DNA of 64,000 nt from an uncultured Enterobacterales bacterium (GTDB lineage: Bacteria; Myxococcota_A; UBA796; CAJQPC01), in the NCBI GenBank assembly GCA_964567625.1, contig CAZMNK010000005.1, positions 343 to 64,342 on the forward strand, in the 5' to 3' direction. Position numbers and translations under genes: made by a program. The first letter of the stretch is position 1. Every line of letters starts with the position of its first letter. Below are positions 1 to 9,005 of this stretch, in pieces. The notes beneath the pieces were generated by a model. That model was given only the letters and a program-made list of their open reading frames with translations, was not told the origin of the DNA and made no database searches.

Positions 1-20
1 ATACTGATGCTGTTGGGGGT

Positions 21-947
21 TCACTGTTTTGTGAGGGCTGTCCCCAGCCAGGCTGCCAGTTCCCTGACCTCGTCAGGGCTGGTGATGGACGCCACCACTG
101 AGGCGTAGCCGGCCGAGGCTTCTTCGGTGCGTCCGCGGCGTCGATAGAGATCCGCCAGGACATAAGTGGTGCGGAGGCGGCTCTCCTCGTCCAGGTCGTC
201 GGTCTTCAAGGCCAGGGTGAATTCCTCGATGGCCTGGTCCTGGAGCCGCGGCTCCACAACGTGGACTGCCTGTCGGAACTCCCTCAAGACCTGGCGTTCC
301 CTGGGGCTCAGGTCATCCATCTCAGCGAATTGTCGGAGCCTGTGGTCCCGCTCTTCGTTGAAGCCGCCCCTGTGGGCGATTCGTGCCAGGTTGTGGAGCA
401 CGATCTTCCGGGTGGCTCCATCCAGGTCCTTGGCCAGTTCCTGGTCTCCGGAATCGAGGAGCGCTCGAGCAGCCTGGGGGCCCTGCAATCCGACAAAGAC
501 CCCGACCGCGATGTCTCGGGCGGTCCAACTTCCCTGCAGGTAGAGTTCGCCCAGTTGGTGGTGGGGCTTTCCCAGGGCCCGGTAGACAGCGGCAGCGATC
601 TCGTAGCGCTCCCAGTGGGGAATGGTTTCGGCGTCCTTGTAGCGGTTCTGCCAGGGGCTGAGAACCGGGGTCACCCTGGCCAACTCTTCCTTTGGAATCC
701 TGGCGAAGTCGGTTCCATAGAGGGTCAACAGGCTCAGGGGGCAGGTCGCGAGGGCATAGGTTCGCCACTGTCCCTGGGAGGAATACCGAGCCAGGTCGGA
801 ATCCCAGCCTCCGAGGACATCGCTGGTGAGCTTTTCGTGGACCCGGATGGCGGTGCCATCCAGAGGGCAACGCATCGAGGTCAGAGCCACCTGGGTGGCC
901 AGGGCCGGAGAGGTCAGGAGGACAGCAACCCACCACAGTCGCTTCAT
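21..947 (-). CDS. Secreted hypothetical protein with helical/TPR-like C-terminal half; N-terminal part resembles a cysteine-depleted DUF2225-type zinc-ribbon region
   Basis: 308-aa ORF with signal peptide MKRLWWVAVLLTSPALA. The segment CPLDG...TCPLSLLTLYGTDF parallels the paired CPxC knuckles of DUF2225 proteins (recalled from memory) but keeps one Cys per knuckle. The ATG overlaps the upstream stop (ATGA at 944-947). Confidence 0.5.
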   Translation of the reverse strand: MKRLWWVAVLLTSPALATQVALTSMRCPLDGTAIRVHEKLTSDVLGGWDSDLARYSSQGQWRTYALATCPLSLLTLYGTDFARIPKEELARVTPVLSPWQNRYKDAETIPHWERYEIAAAVYRALGKPHHQLGELYLQGSWTARDIAVGVFVGLQGPQAARALLDSGDQELAKDLDGATRKIVLHNLARIAHRGGFNEERDHRLRQFAEMDDLSPRERQVLREFRQAVHVVEPRLQDQAIEEFTLALKTDDLDEESRLRTTYVLADLYRRRGRTEEASAGYASVVASITSPDEVRELAAWLGTALTKQ

Positions 948-2041
948 CCGCCATCCTCCTGGGTCAGATCCAGGATGTCGACACCCTGCAGGTAGGGTTT
1001 TGTCCGGTAGCTGGTGACTTCGGACAGGTCCTTTACGATCTCGGCCATGCGCTCCAACTGGCCATAGGCTCGCTCCAGCCGCTGTTTGGTCTCTTCGTCC
1101 AGGTTTCCACGGATCTGCATCATCTCCACGAGGCCCATCACCGAGGTGAGGGGCTGGTTGAGTTCATGGGCGGCTGTTCCTGCCACCTCGATCGCCGCGG
1201 TTCGTTTTTCCGAGTCGATCAACTGTACGGTTGCCCGTTGGAGTTGGGTGGAGAGGGACTCGGTCTCGCGGGTGTCCCGGAACAGTCCGCAGGAGGCGAT
1301 GGCCTGTCCATTGCCGTCGTGGAGCTGAAAGCCCCACAGTTGTACGGGAATCTGCTCGCCGCTTCGACTGCGGACCCGGATCTTGATGTTCTCGACACGC
1401 AGGTGGTCAGACCCTCGGATGGACGCCATGATTCGCTTCGCATCTTCGGGATTGGCATAGAGATCCGTCACGTGGAGCTCGTTGAGAGCCTCTTGTTCGC
1501 CATAGCCCAGGATCTGTTGGGCAGCGCGATTGAAGGTCAGCAGTCGACCCTTCATGTCTGCGACCACTGTGGGATCGGGCACGGCCTGGAGCAGCCCGTC
1601 CAGGAAGTCTCGGGCCTCGTTGAGTTCGGACTGCATCTGGGCTGCCCGTGCCACCGCTTCAAGTTCCCGGGCGCGGGCGAGCACCACGTCTCGTTGGATG
1701 GCCGCCGCCCGCAAGTGTCCTTCGATACGGGCCCTGACGAGCCCGGGGGGAAGGGGGCGCCGGAGGATGTCCGAGGCTCCGGCATCCAGAGCAGTGGAGG
1801 GGTCCTCACCGTCCTTCAGGATCCAGAGGATGGGGAGGGTTTCCCTGACCTTTCGGGCGGCCTGGGTCCAGGCCGTTGCATCCAGACCATCGGCTGCGGT
1901 GGAGACCAGGGCCAGGGTGGCTTCTTTTGCGCACACGGCTGGTGGCCGGCCGACCAGCAGGTCATGGCCGGCCTGTTCCAACTCCTTTCGCAGGGATCCG
2001 CCTGCGAGGTCTGGTTCCGCGTGAAGGGCGATTCGAGCCAT
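944..2041 (-). CDS. Sensor-like protein: degenerate receiver + PAS + DHp/HisKA helix, no catalytic ATPase domain
   Basis: 365 aa. Receiver-like layout (RIALHAE..., ILWILKDGEDPSTALDAGASDILRRP) without the acidic pocket or phospho-acceptor Asp. PAS-like PDPTVVADMKGRLLTFNRAAQQILGY. H-box AAHELNQPLTSVMG. The ORF ends about 60 aa after the H-box, so there is no room for HATPase_c. Confidence 0.7.
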   Translation of the reverse strand: MARIALHAEPDLAGGSLRKELEQAGHDLLVGRPPAVCAKEATLALVSTAADGLDATAWTQAARKVRETLPILWILKDGEDPSTALDAGASDILRRPLPPGLVRARIEGHLRAAAIQRDVVLARARELEAVARAAQMQSELNEARDFLDGLLQAVPDPTVVADMKGRLLTFNRAAQQILGYGEQEALNELHVTDLYANPEDAKRIMASIRGSDHLRVENIKIRVRSRSGEQIPVQLWGFQLHDGNGQAIASCGLFRDTRETESLSTQLQRATVQLIDSEKRTAAIEVAGTAAHELNQPLTSVMGLVEMMQIRGNLDEETKQRLERAYGQLERMAEIVKDLSEVTSYRTKPYLQGVDILDLTQEDGG

Positions 2042-3219
2042 CAGCGTGCCTCCCAGGCGGCAAGGGCTGCCCGCTGGACCCGGGACACTGGAACCCCGGC
2101 AGTGCGCGCGGCGACTGCGACATCCTCATACTCTGGCGCCACCTGTGCCACCTCTCCCTGCCACACGCCGATCTTCATCCGGATGGTTCCGTAGGGGGTT
2201 TCCACCTTTTCCCACCGGCGGTCCAGGATCTGCCGACTGGCGGTGGTTCGGCGTACACCAAAGGTTGTGCTGTGGTGCAGGAGGGCTGACCCGACGGCCG
2301 CCGCGGTCTCGGCACGGGCGAGAGCGCTCACCAGCAGCCCAGGCCTGCCTTTCTTCATGAGAACCGGCATGGCCCAGGCGTCCAGGGCGCCCGCGGAGAA
2401 CAAGGCCTCCAGCAAGGGGGGGATCCATTCCCCGGGCATGTCGTCGACCTGGGCCTCCAGGACCTCGACCGAGTCCGAAGAGGAGGCGTCTGTGGTCGTC
2501 CCGATTGCGGCGCGGACGACATTTGCCCGGTCGGTTGGATTGCGGGTGCCGGCACCGAGTCCGTGGCTGGTGAGGGTCATGGCGGGCATGGGTCCGGGCA
2601 CAGCCAGTGTGGTCAGCAGAGCGGCCCCCGTCGGGGTGACAAGCTCACCGATGCGGCCATCCTGTGTGGTGGGCCAGCCCTTCAGGAGGGCGATGACGGC
2701 AGGCACCGGCACGGGAAGGGGCCCATGGGCTGTCTGAACTGTTCCGCTCCCCAGGGGCAGAGGCGTGGCCACGAGGTGCTCGATCTCGAGCTGATCCAGC
2801 AGCAGGCAGGCCCCCACGATGTCCACGATCGAGTCCAGAGCGCCCACCTCGTGGAAGCTCACGTCATCCACGGGCACCCCGTGTACGGAAGCCTCGGCCT
2901 CTGCCAGTCGGCCAAAAACGCGCAGAGCCCGCTCCCGGGCCGTCGGTGGAAGCGCGGAAGACGCCAGCCGGTTCCGTATGTCTGCCCATTTCCGGTGAGG
3001 GTGGTGGTGCTCCGGGTGGGAGGGCGGTTCATCCACCACGAAGTGCAGAGCCTCCAGAGCGCCTCGCTTGACCCGTTCCAGGCGGAGGTTCCAGTCTCCC
3101 AGGTCCAGTGTCCGAAGCTGTTGCTCCAACTGGACGGCGTCGCCGCCGGCGTCCACCAGAGCGCCGCAGATCATGTCCCCGGCGGCCCCGGCGGAGGCAT
3201 CGATCCACAAGGTCTTCAT
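2041..3219 (-). CDS. larC: LarC family nickel insertion protein (DUF111; nickel-pincer cofactor biosynthesis)
   Basis: 392 aa. N-terminus MKTLWIDASAGAAGDMICGALVDAG matches the LarC/DUF111 signature. Start overlaps the larB stop (3216-3219). Confidence 0.85.
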   Translation of the reverse strand: MKTLWIDASAGAAGDMICGALVDAGGDAVQLEQQLRTLDLGDWNLRLERVKRGALEALHFVVDEPPSHPEHHHPHRKWADIRNRLASSALPPTARERALRVFGRLAEAEASVHGVPVDDVSFHEVGALDSIVDIVGACLLLDQLEIEHLVATPLPLGSGTVQTAHGPLPVPVPAVIALLKGWPTTQDGRIGELVTPTGAALLTTLAVPGPMPAMTLTSHGLGAGTRNPTDRANVVRAAIGTTTDASSSDSVEVLEAQVDDMPGEWIPPLLEALFSAGALDAWAMPVLMKKGRPGLLVSALARAETAAAVGSALLHHSTTFGVRRTTASRQILDRRWEKVETPYGTIRMKIGVWQGEVAQVAPEYEDVAVAARTAGVPVSRVQRAALAAWEAR

Positions 3220-3899
3220 GGGGACAACCGGTTGATCAGGGTGGCCTGGTAGGCGGCCCCAAATCCGTTGTCGATGTTGACGACGCTTACCCCGGGAGCA
3301 CAGCTGTTGAGCATGCCCAGCAGAGCTGCAATGCCGCCAAAGGCTGCACCGTAGCCCACCGAGGTGGGTACAGCGATGACCGGCCGATCGGTGAGGCCGG
3401 CCACCACGCTGGCCAGGGCCCCCTCCATTCCGGCGACGACAATGATGACGCGGGCCTCGCGAAGAACCTGGGCCTGGCGAAGAATGCGGTGGATTCCTGC
3501 AACGCCCACATCGTTGAGGCGTTGGATCCGGTTTCCGAAGTGCTCGGCGACCAGCGCAGCCTCGTCGGCCACGGACTGGTCGGATGTGCCCGCGGAGACC
3601 ACCAGGATTTCGCCCTGGCCCAGCTCCTCCCAGGGGCTCTCTCTCTGGACGAGGATTCTGGCCGTGGGGTGGTAGGTCGCATGGGGGTGGTGCTCGAGAA
3701 CAGTCGCGGCCTTGTCTGGGGCCAGTCGCGTGACGAGCACGGTCTGTCCTGCTTCCTTGAGGGCAGAGACAATGCCGGTGACCTGTGCCGCGGTCTTTCC
3801 CTCGCCGAAGATCACCTCGGGCAACCCGGTCCGGAGGGCCCGGGTAGTGTCGAGCGTGGCGCCCACCGCCTCATCTTCGGCGATGGTCAGGGTCGCCAC
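3216..3899 (-). CDS. larB: LarB, nickel-pincer cofactor biosynthesis protein (AIR-carboxylase-like)
   Basis: 227 aa. PurE-like core ARVIIVVAGMEGALASVVAGLTDRPVIAVPTSVGYGAAFGG is typical of LarB. First gene of a 4-gene overlapping operon. Confidence 0.88.
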   Translation of the reverse strand: MATLTIAEDEAVGATLDTTRALRTGLPEVIFGEGKTAAQVTGIVSALKEAGQTVLVTRLAPDKAATVLEHHPHATYHPTARILVQRESPWEELGQGEILVVSAGTSDQSVADEAALVAEHFGNRIQRLNDVGVAGIHRILRQAQVLREARVIIVVAGMEGALASVVAGLTDRPVIAVPTSVGYGAAFGGIAALLGMLNSCAPGVSVVNIDNGFGAAYQATLINRLSP

Positions 3900-4093
3900 G
3901 GCGGTATCCAGTTCCAGTTCCCCGGCCTGGAGTGCCGCTAACAGGGTCCTCAGACGGATCGGATCGATGGGGCCCTCCGGCCCTGGATCCTAGCCTGGAC
4001 CGGGCACATTTGCCCGTATGCGGGACGTTGGACGGGTTCATCTGGGGTTGTGTCGTCGACTTCGTCCTTGCGGGGATATCGTAGGGGAACCCC

Positions 4094-6640
4094 ATGAACG
4101 TGGCCTGCCGAACCCCTGTCCTGTTGTTCATCCTCTGGTTGATGCCCGGCGTGGTAGCTGCCCAGGACGATCCCTACAGCAAAGCGGTGGATCGCATCGA
4201 CAGCCTGTACCTGTGGCGGGACGAAGTGGAGCCATCCTCGCTCCTGCTGGCTGCGGTCCGCGAGCTGGAGGAGGACCTGTCCTGGTTGATGGTGGATACC
4301 GCGGCCGAGGAGGTCATCCTGCGCCATGGGCAGACCGGGGAGATGGGGCGGGTACGGGCAGCGGGCTGGGACGAACTGGTGAACGCCTTGAAGGAAGTGG
4401 AAGCCCTGGTGGTGTCGACAGGCCAGGCTCAGGACCTTGCCACTCCGATCTCGACGGTCCTGCTCAAGGGCGTGGCGGACGGCCTGGACAGACATTCGCG
4501 GCTTCTCTACGGGGAGCGTCTCAAGAGCTTCGACAAGCGCCTCAAGGGCACGCTCTACGGGCTCGGCTTCAAGATCTCCACGCGAGACCACCGCATTGCC
4601 GTCAGCGAGGTCTACCCGGACACCCCGGCGGCCCGGGGTGGGCTCATGGAGGGGGATCACATCCTGCGCATCGACGACGTCAGCACCCTGGGGATGTCGG
4701 TTCGAAGTGCGGTGGATCGCATCACTGGGCCCAGGGACACGCCGGTCACCCTGCGGATTGCCCGGGACATCGACGGCGAGAGTCGGGAATTCAACCAGGT
4801 CTTCATTCGGGCCGAGATCCGCATTCCCAACATCACATGGCGAACGCTGCCCAGTGGCCACTCCTATGTGCGCATCGATCACTTCTCGGAGAAGACGGTC
4901 GAAAATCTGCGCATCGCCCTGGCCGAACTGGAGGCAGAAGGAAGCCTGGACCGGGGACTGGTCATCGATCTGAGACACAACACGGGAGGCTCGATGATCC
5001 AGTCGGCCCGTTCCGTGGACCAGTTCGTGGTTTCTGGTGACCTGGTCCGCACGGTGGGACGGGGTGGTGGTTCGGTCAAGGGCCTGGTGTCGCGGCTTCA
5101 GGCGGTCGATGACGGCCGCGAACCCACCATGCCGCTGGTGGTCCTCCAGGACGACCACACGGCCTCGGGCGCCGAGATCCTTGCCGGTTCCCTGAGGCAG
5201 CTGGACAGAGGCATCCTCATTGGCGAGCGAAGCTACGGCAAGGGCACGGTCCAGAAGGTCTACCGGATCAACTCGGATGCCCGTCTCAAGCTCACGGTGG
5301 CCGAGTACCTGCTCAGCGATGACCTGGCGATCTCCGGAACCGGGCTGGTGCCGGACGTGCCTGTGGGGAAGCTTCGGTTCACCGAGCACGGGGTTCTCGG
5401 GGACGATCCGGGTGCCGGAATGGAACCCCTCTGGCTGGTGGAACGAGAGGAGAGTTGGGCCCCTGACGCCCCCGCGATCCAGGAGCGGGAGGACCCCTTG
5501 TTGGACCTGGCCATCTCGGTGTTGGCGGCCACTTCGGGACCCACCCGGACAGAGCTGCTTGCCTCCGCCACCGAGATGGTGGCCCAGGCCCGGATTCAGG
5601 AGGAAGAGCGTCTGCGCGATGCCTACAGTCTGCGGGGGATCGACTGGCTCGATGCCCCGATGGTCCTGGAGAGGTTTCCTGAAGCCGAGGTCGCCGTCAG
5701 CCTGGTCAGGCCGGCCCAGGCAGGCAACGGAACCGAGCTGCTGGCAAAGGTCACAAACGGTGGACTGGAGCCCATCTACCGGGCAAGTCTCGCCCTGGAG
5801 AGCAGTGATCGTGTGTGGGATGGCCGGGTCCTCTCCCTGGGACGCATCGATCCGGGCCAGACGGTCAGCGGTTCAGTGTGGGTCGAGGTGCCTCGGTCAG
5901 CTCGCAGTCGGGAGGCAGAGGTCGCCCTGGTTCTCCAGAGTTCTTCTCATCTTCCGGTGGCCCAGGAGGCCATTCTCCTGGGGATTCGAGGTCAGGGGAA
6001 GCCTCCCATGAGCGTCGACATCGTGTTGGAGGCAGAGGGCAGTGAGCGCCGGGCGCGGGTCCGTGTCGTCCAGGACTCCCGCGAAACCCTGGAGGGGATC
6101 CGGGTTCGGTTCGAACACCCGGTGTCGGCCGGGGTCGAGTTGACCCACTATGACGCCACTCTGCCGCCGCTGGAACCAGGCATCGCCGGCGAGGCCACCC
6201 TGGGTCTGCTCATGACAGGCGCGGAGCCCGAGATTCCCCTGCGCCTGATCGTGGAGGGCGACGACTGGGGTGAGTTGGCGGATTGGGACTTTGGCCTGCC
6301 CCTGGATGGCCGGGAAGTGACCCTGTCTCCACCGTTGGTCGAAGCGACCTCCCTACCGCTCTCTGCTCCGTCGGGGTCCTTGACGCTGGCGCTGGAAGTC
6401 AGTGATGACGTGCGAATCGATCACGTGGTTGTCTGGTCCGGCCGTCGCAAGGTTGCCTATGCGGCGGGAAATGGCAGCACACTCTCCCTGTTCGTGCCGG
6501 TGCCTATCGAGCCCGGTCGGAACCGGATCAGTGTCCAGGCCACCGATGACCAGGGGCTGTCTCGTTGGACACGCTGGACCGTGCGAGGCCTCGAGGAGCC
6601 CCCGGTGACCACGGACGCGGATGTGGAGCCAGCGGAGTAG
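4094..6640 (+). CDS. S41 family C-terminal processing peptidase with PDZ domain and long beta-sandwich-like C-terminal extension
   Basis: 848 aa with signal peptide MNVACRTPVLLFILWLMPGVVAA. PDZ: GLGFKISTRDHRIAVSEVYPDTPAARGGLMEGDHILRIDD. S41 motifs LVIDLRHNTGGS and ASGAEILAGSL...GERSYGKGTVQKV. Confidence 0.9.
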   Translation: MNVACRTPVLLFILWLMPGVVAAQDDPYSKAVDRIDSLYLWRDEVEPSSLLLAAVRELEEDLSWLMVDTAAEEVILRHGQTGEMGRVRAAGWDELVNALKEVEALVVSTGQAQDLATPISTVLLKGVADGLDRHSRLLYGERLKSFDKRLKGTLYGLGFKISTRDHRIAVSEVYPDTPAARGGLMEGDHILRIDDVSTLGMSVRSAVDRITGPRDTPVTLRIARDIDGESREFNQVFIRAEIRIPNITWRTLPSGHSYVRIDHFSEKTVENLRIALAELEAEGSLDRGLVIDLRHNTGGSMIQSARSVDQFVVSGDLVRTVGRGGGSVKGLVSRLQAVDDGREPTMPLVVLQDDHTASGAEILAGSLRQLDRGILIGERSYGKGTVQKVYRINSDARLKLTVAEYLLSDDLAISGTGLVPDVPVGKLRFTEHGVLGDDPGAGMEPLWLVEREESWAPDAPAIQEREDPLLDLAISVLAATSGPTRTELLASATEMVAQARIQEEERLRDAYSLRGIDWLDAPMVLERFPEAEVAVSLVRPAQAGNGTELLAKVTNGGLEPIYRASLALESSDRVWDGRVLSLGRIDPGQTVSGSVWVEVPRSARSREAEVALVLQSSSHLPVAQEAILLGIRGQGKPPMSVDIVLEAEGSERRARVRVVQDSRETLEGIRVRFEHPVSAGVELTHYDATLPPLEPGIAGEATLGLLMTGAEPEIPLRLIVEGDDWGELADWDFGLPLDGREVTLSPPLVEATSLPLSAPSGSLTLALEVSDDVRIDHVVVWSGRRKVAYAAGNGSTLSLFVPVPIEPGRNRISVQATDDQGLSRWTRWTVRGLEEPPVTTDADVEPAE

Positions 6641-6664
6641 CGTCCTGCCCTGTCTGCGGTCGGC

Positions 6665-8890
6665 TCAGTTCAGGTTTGCCACGCCAACGGCCACGTTGTC
6701 TCCGTTGCTGGCTGCCACCATGACGGTGTTGGACACCGTGGGAAGCCATACGGCGACCTCGTTGGCCTGGAAGTCCAGGGTCAGGGCGGTCTGGCTGGCG
6801 AAGCCGGTCTCTGTGCTGCCCCAGGCCACGTGGACGTCGCCATTGGTGTCCACCCAGCCCACGAAGATGACGCCTGTGCTGGGGTCCACGGCCAGGTCTG
6901 CGGTGACCGCCGTGGGGGAGGTGGTGATCTGCTGTGAACTCGCCCCTTTTGTGACCCGGATCAGGCCGCTTGTCGGCAGGATGGCGACTTCGATGACCTC
7001 CTCGTCCGCGACCTGGAGATCGATGTCAGTGGGCTGGTTGGTGGTGTCGCTGGAGAGTTCAAACAGCTCCGGGTGCTGGTCTGAACTGTCGTAGATGTTC
7101 GTGACCAGGGCGCTTGCGGCCTCGTCGTGCCAGGCGATGTAGACGATCTGGTTTCCCGCAACTCCGGCGAAGTGGCTCTCTGGTGGTGGGCCCGGGGGGC
7201 CGGAGTCGCCGGTGTCGGAACCTCCAGTGTCGGAACCTCCAGTGTCGGAATCTCCAGTGTCGGAATCCCCAGTGTCGGAATCCCCAGTGTCTGCGTCCGT
7301 GTCTGCGTCCGTGTCTGCATCGGTATCGGCATCGGCATCGGTATCGGTGTCGGTGTCGGTGTCTGCGTCCGTGTCGGTGTCGGTGTCGGTGTCTGCGTCC
7401 GTGTCCGTGTCCGTGTCTGCGTCGCTGCCGGGCACGGTTCCGTCGAGGATCACTGCATCGCACGCGGTGTAGGAGCCGGTCACCTGGCCGCCGGATTCCG
7501 TGGTCGAAGAGTTCAGGGACTCCTTGGTGGCCGTCAGGTAGTGCAGTCCGTTGGTCGCATCGCAACCGAGCACATGGAAGGTGTTTGTGTCGTCCAGCAC
7601 CATGGCGATGGAGGTGTAGTCTTCTGGCGCGGTGAACGAGTCCGAGGCGATCTTGCGCTGAGTTGTCGTCGGGTCGTAGCGGGTGAGTCGCATGGACCGA
7701 GTGGACTCATTGGTGAGCAATCCAATGACCCCGTAGATGTAGGTGTCGTCGACCATGAAGGCCTGGCCATTGGTGACCGTGTAGCTGTTGTCCGGGCTGT
7801 CGGCGGCGGTAAACCAGTGCACGGCCTGCTGGACGCCAGTGGTCGGATCCAGGGCGTCCCAGTAGGGCGCGATGGAGGTGTCGTACTTGGCGGTGCCGGC
7901 AAAGTCGACGCCGTCGACGATGAGCGACAGGTAGATCCGGTCCGTGTTCTCGGCCCACCGGGGAGAGCGCGGGTTCTCCCAGCTGACCCCGAGCGGGGAC
8001 CCTACAAAGGTGCCAGGATCGCCGTCGCAGTCGCGGTCGACCAGGTCGTTGAGGATCTCGGTGTTGCCAGGGGCTGCGGCCGGGTTGGTGTCGTCGCAGT
8101 CCTCGACCTCCAGGCCCAGACCGAACTGGACGCCGTCCTGGTCCTGGTCGTAGTCATCGGCTCCGTCGCAGTCCTTGTCGACGCCGTCGTACCAGTTCTC
8201 GGTGGCCGACGGGTTGATGCCGGTGGCCTCGTCGTTGCAGTCCAGCTCTTCATCGGGCACGTGTTGGCTGGAGTCTGGATCACTGTTGATCGACTCGTGA
8301 GGAGCCCCGTCTCCGTCCTGGTCGTAGTCGTTGGCCCCATCACAGTCGGTGTCGACGCCGTCGTACCAGGTGTCGGTGGCGGCGGGATTGGCCGTGACGT
8401 CGGTGTCGTCACAGTCGTCTCCACCATCGATCTCTCCCAGGGCCTGGAAGCCGTCTCCATCCTGGTCGTAGTCGTCATCACCCTGGCAGTTGCTGTCGAT
8501 GCCGTCGTACCAGGTGTCTTCGGCGTTTGGGTTGATGGTGGCGTCGTTGTCGTTGCAGTCGAGCTCGTTGTCTCCCTTCTGCTCCAGGCCCAGGCCTTCC
8601 AGCCAGTCGTTGACCGTGTTGTCGTAGTACAGGTCGCCGTCGGCATCGAAGTCGGCCTCTCCGTCGTCCCCCAGACAGTCCTGGTCCACTCCGTCGTACC
8701 AGATCTCGTCCACGTCCGGAGAGATGTCCCCGTCGTTGTCGTCGCAGTCTCCGGCGGCACTGCTGACCCCGTCTCCGTCCAGGTCGATCTCCAGCAACTG
8801 GTTGTCGACGTCTTCCTGGGAGACCCAGGTCCACAGGCCATCACAGCCGGACAGGACCGGCAGTAGCAGCAGGGGCATCCAGCGGCTCAT
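6665..8890 (-). CDS. Lipoprotein with five MopE-type Cys/Asp-rich putative metal-binding repeats, an acidic D/T/G/S tandem-repeat linker and a beta-rich C-terminal region
   Basis: Lipobox leader MSRWMPLLLLPVLSGC (start 8890; an in-frame ATG at 8920 is an alternative). Five repeats of the form DC(D/N)DxDxxxxPxAx(E/D)xWYDG(V/I)DxDCxGxxDYDQDGDG. Confidence 0.75.
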   Translation of the reverse strand: MSRWMPLLLLPVLSGCDGLWTWVSQEDVDNQLLEIDLDGDGVSSAAGDCDDNDGDISPDVDEIWYDGVDQDCLGDDGEADFDADGDLYYDNTVNDWLEGLGLEQKGDNELDCNDNDATINPNAEDTWYDGIDSNCQGDDDYDQDGDGFQALGEIDGGDDCDDTDVTANPAATDTWYDGVDTDCDGANDYDQDGDGAPHESINSDPDSSQHVPDEELDCNDEATGINPSATENWYDGVDKDCDGADDYDQDQDGVQFGLGLEVEDCDDTNPAAAPGNTEILNDLVDRDCDGDPGTFVGSPLGVSWENPRSPRWAENTDRIYLSLIVDGVDFAGTAKYDTSIAPYWDALDPTTGVQQAVHWFTAADSPDNSYTVTNGQAFMVDDTYIYGVIGLLTNESTRSMRLTRYDPTTTQRKIASDSFTAPEDYTSIAMVLDDTNTFHVLGCDATNGLHYLTATKESLNSSTTESGGQVTGSYTACDAVILDGTVPGSDADTDTDTDADTDTDTDTDADTDTDTDTDADADTDADTDADTDADTGDSDTGDSDTGDSDTGGSDTGGSDTGDSGPPGPPPESHFAGVAGNQIVYIAWHDEAASALVTNIYDSSDQHPELFELSSDTTNQPTDIDLQVADEEVIEVAILPTSGLIRVTKGASSQQITTSPTAVTADLAVDPSTGVIFVGWVDTNGDVHVAWGSTETGFASQTALTLDFQANEVAVWLPTVSNTVMVAASNGDNVAVGVANLN
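7212..7432 (-). repeat. In-frame coding tandem repeat: five 15-bp units followed by about 145 bp of degenerate 6/12-bp units
   Basis: On the + strand, GTGTCGGAAYCYCCA occurs 5 times (7212-7286). Then GTGTCTGCGTCC / GTGTCGGTGTCG-type units run to about 7432. These encode ...DADTDTDTDADT...TGDSDTGDSDTGDSDTGGSDTGGSDTGDSG. Confidence 0.9.
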
Positions 8891-9005
8891 TACACCTCCA
8901 TCGAGGGCGGACTGTAGCACGCAGACCCCGGGGGTTAGCGCCTGGGGGATCCCAGGGTCAAGGTGGAGGGAAAGGCTTCTTCCTGCGGAACGAATCGGGG
9001 TTTCG

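Noticed and set aside
3950-5389. 479-aa minus-strand ORF (and similar ones at 26911-28401, 29699-31435, 58024-59700 and 7127-8866) overlapping well-supported genes
   Set aside because: Same reasoning: these are antisense or frame-shifted shadow ORFs with Arg/Gly/Pro/His-rich translations. Each overlaps a gene with clear family motifs.
7212-7432. Considered whether the short direct repeats could be a CRISPR array or a non-coding satellite
   Set aside because: The units are 15 bp and 6-12 bp, directly abutting with no spacers. They are in frame within a long ORF with conserved domains on both sides, and no cas genes are present. This is coding low-complexity sequence.
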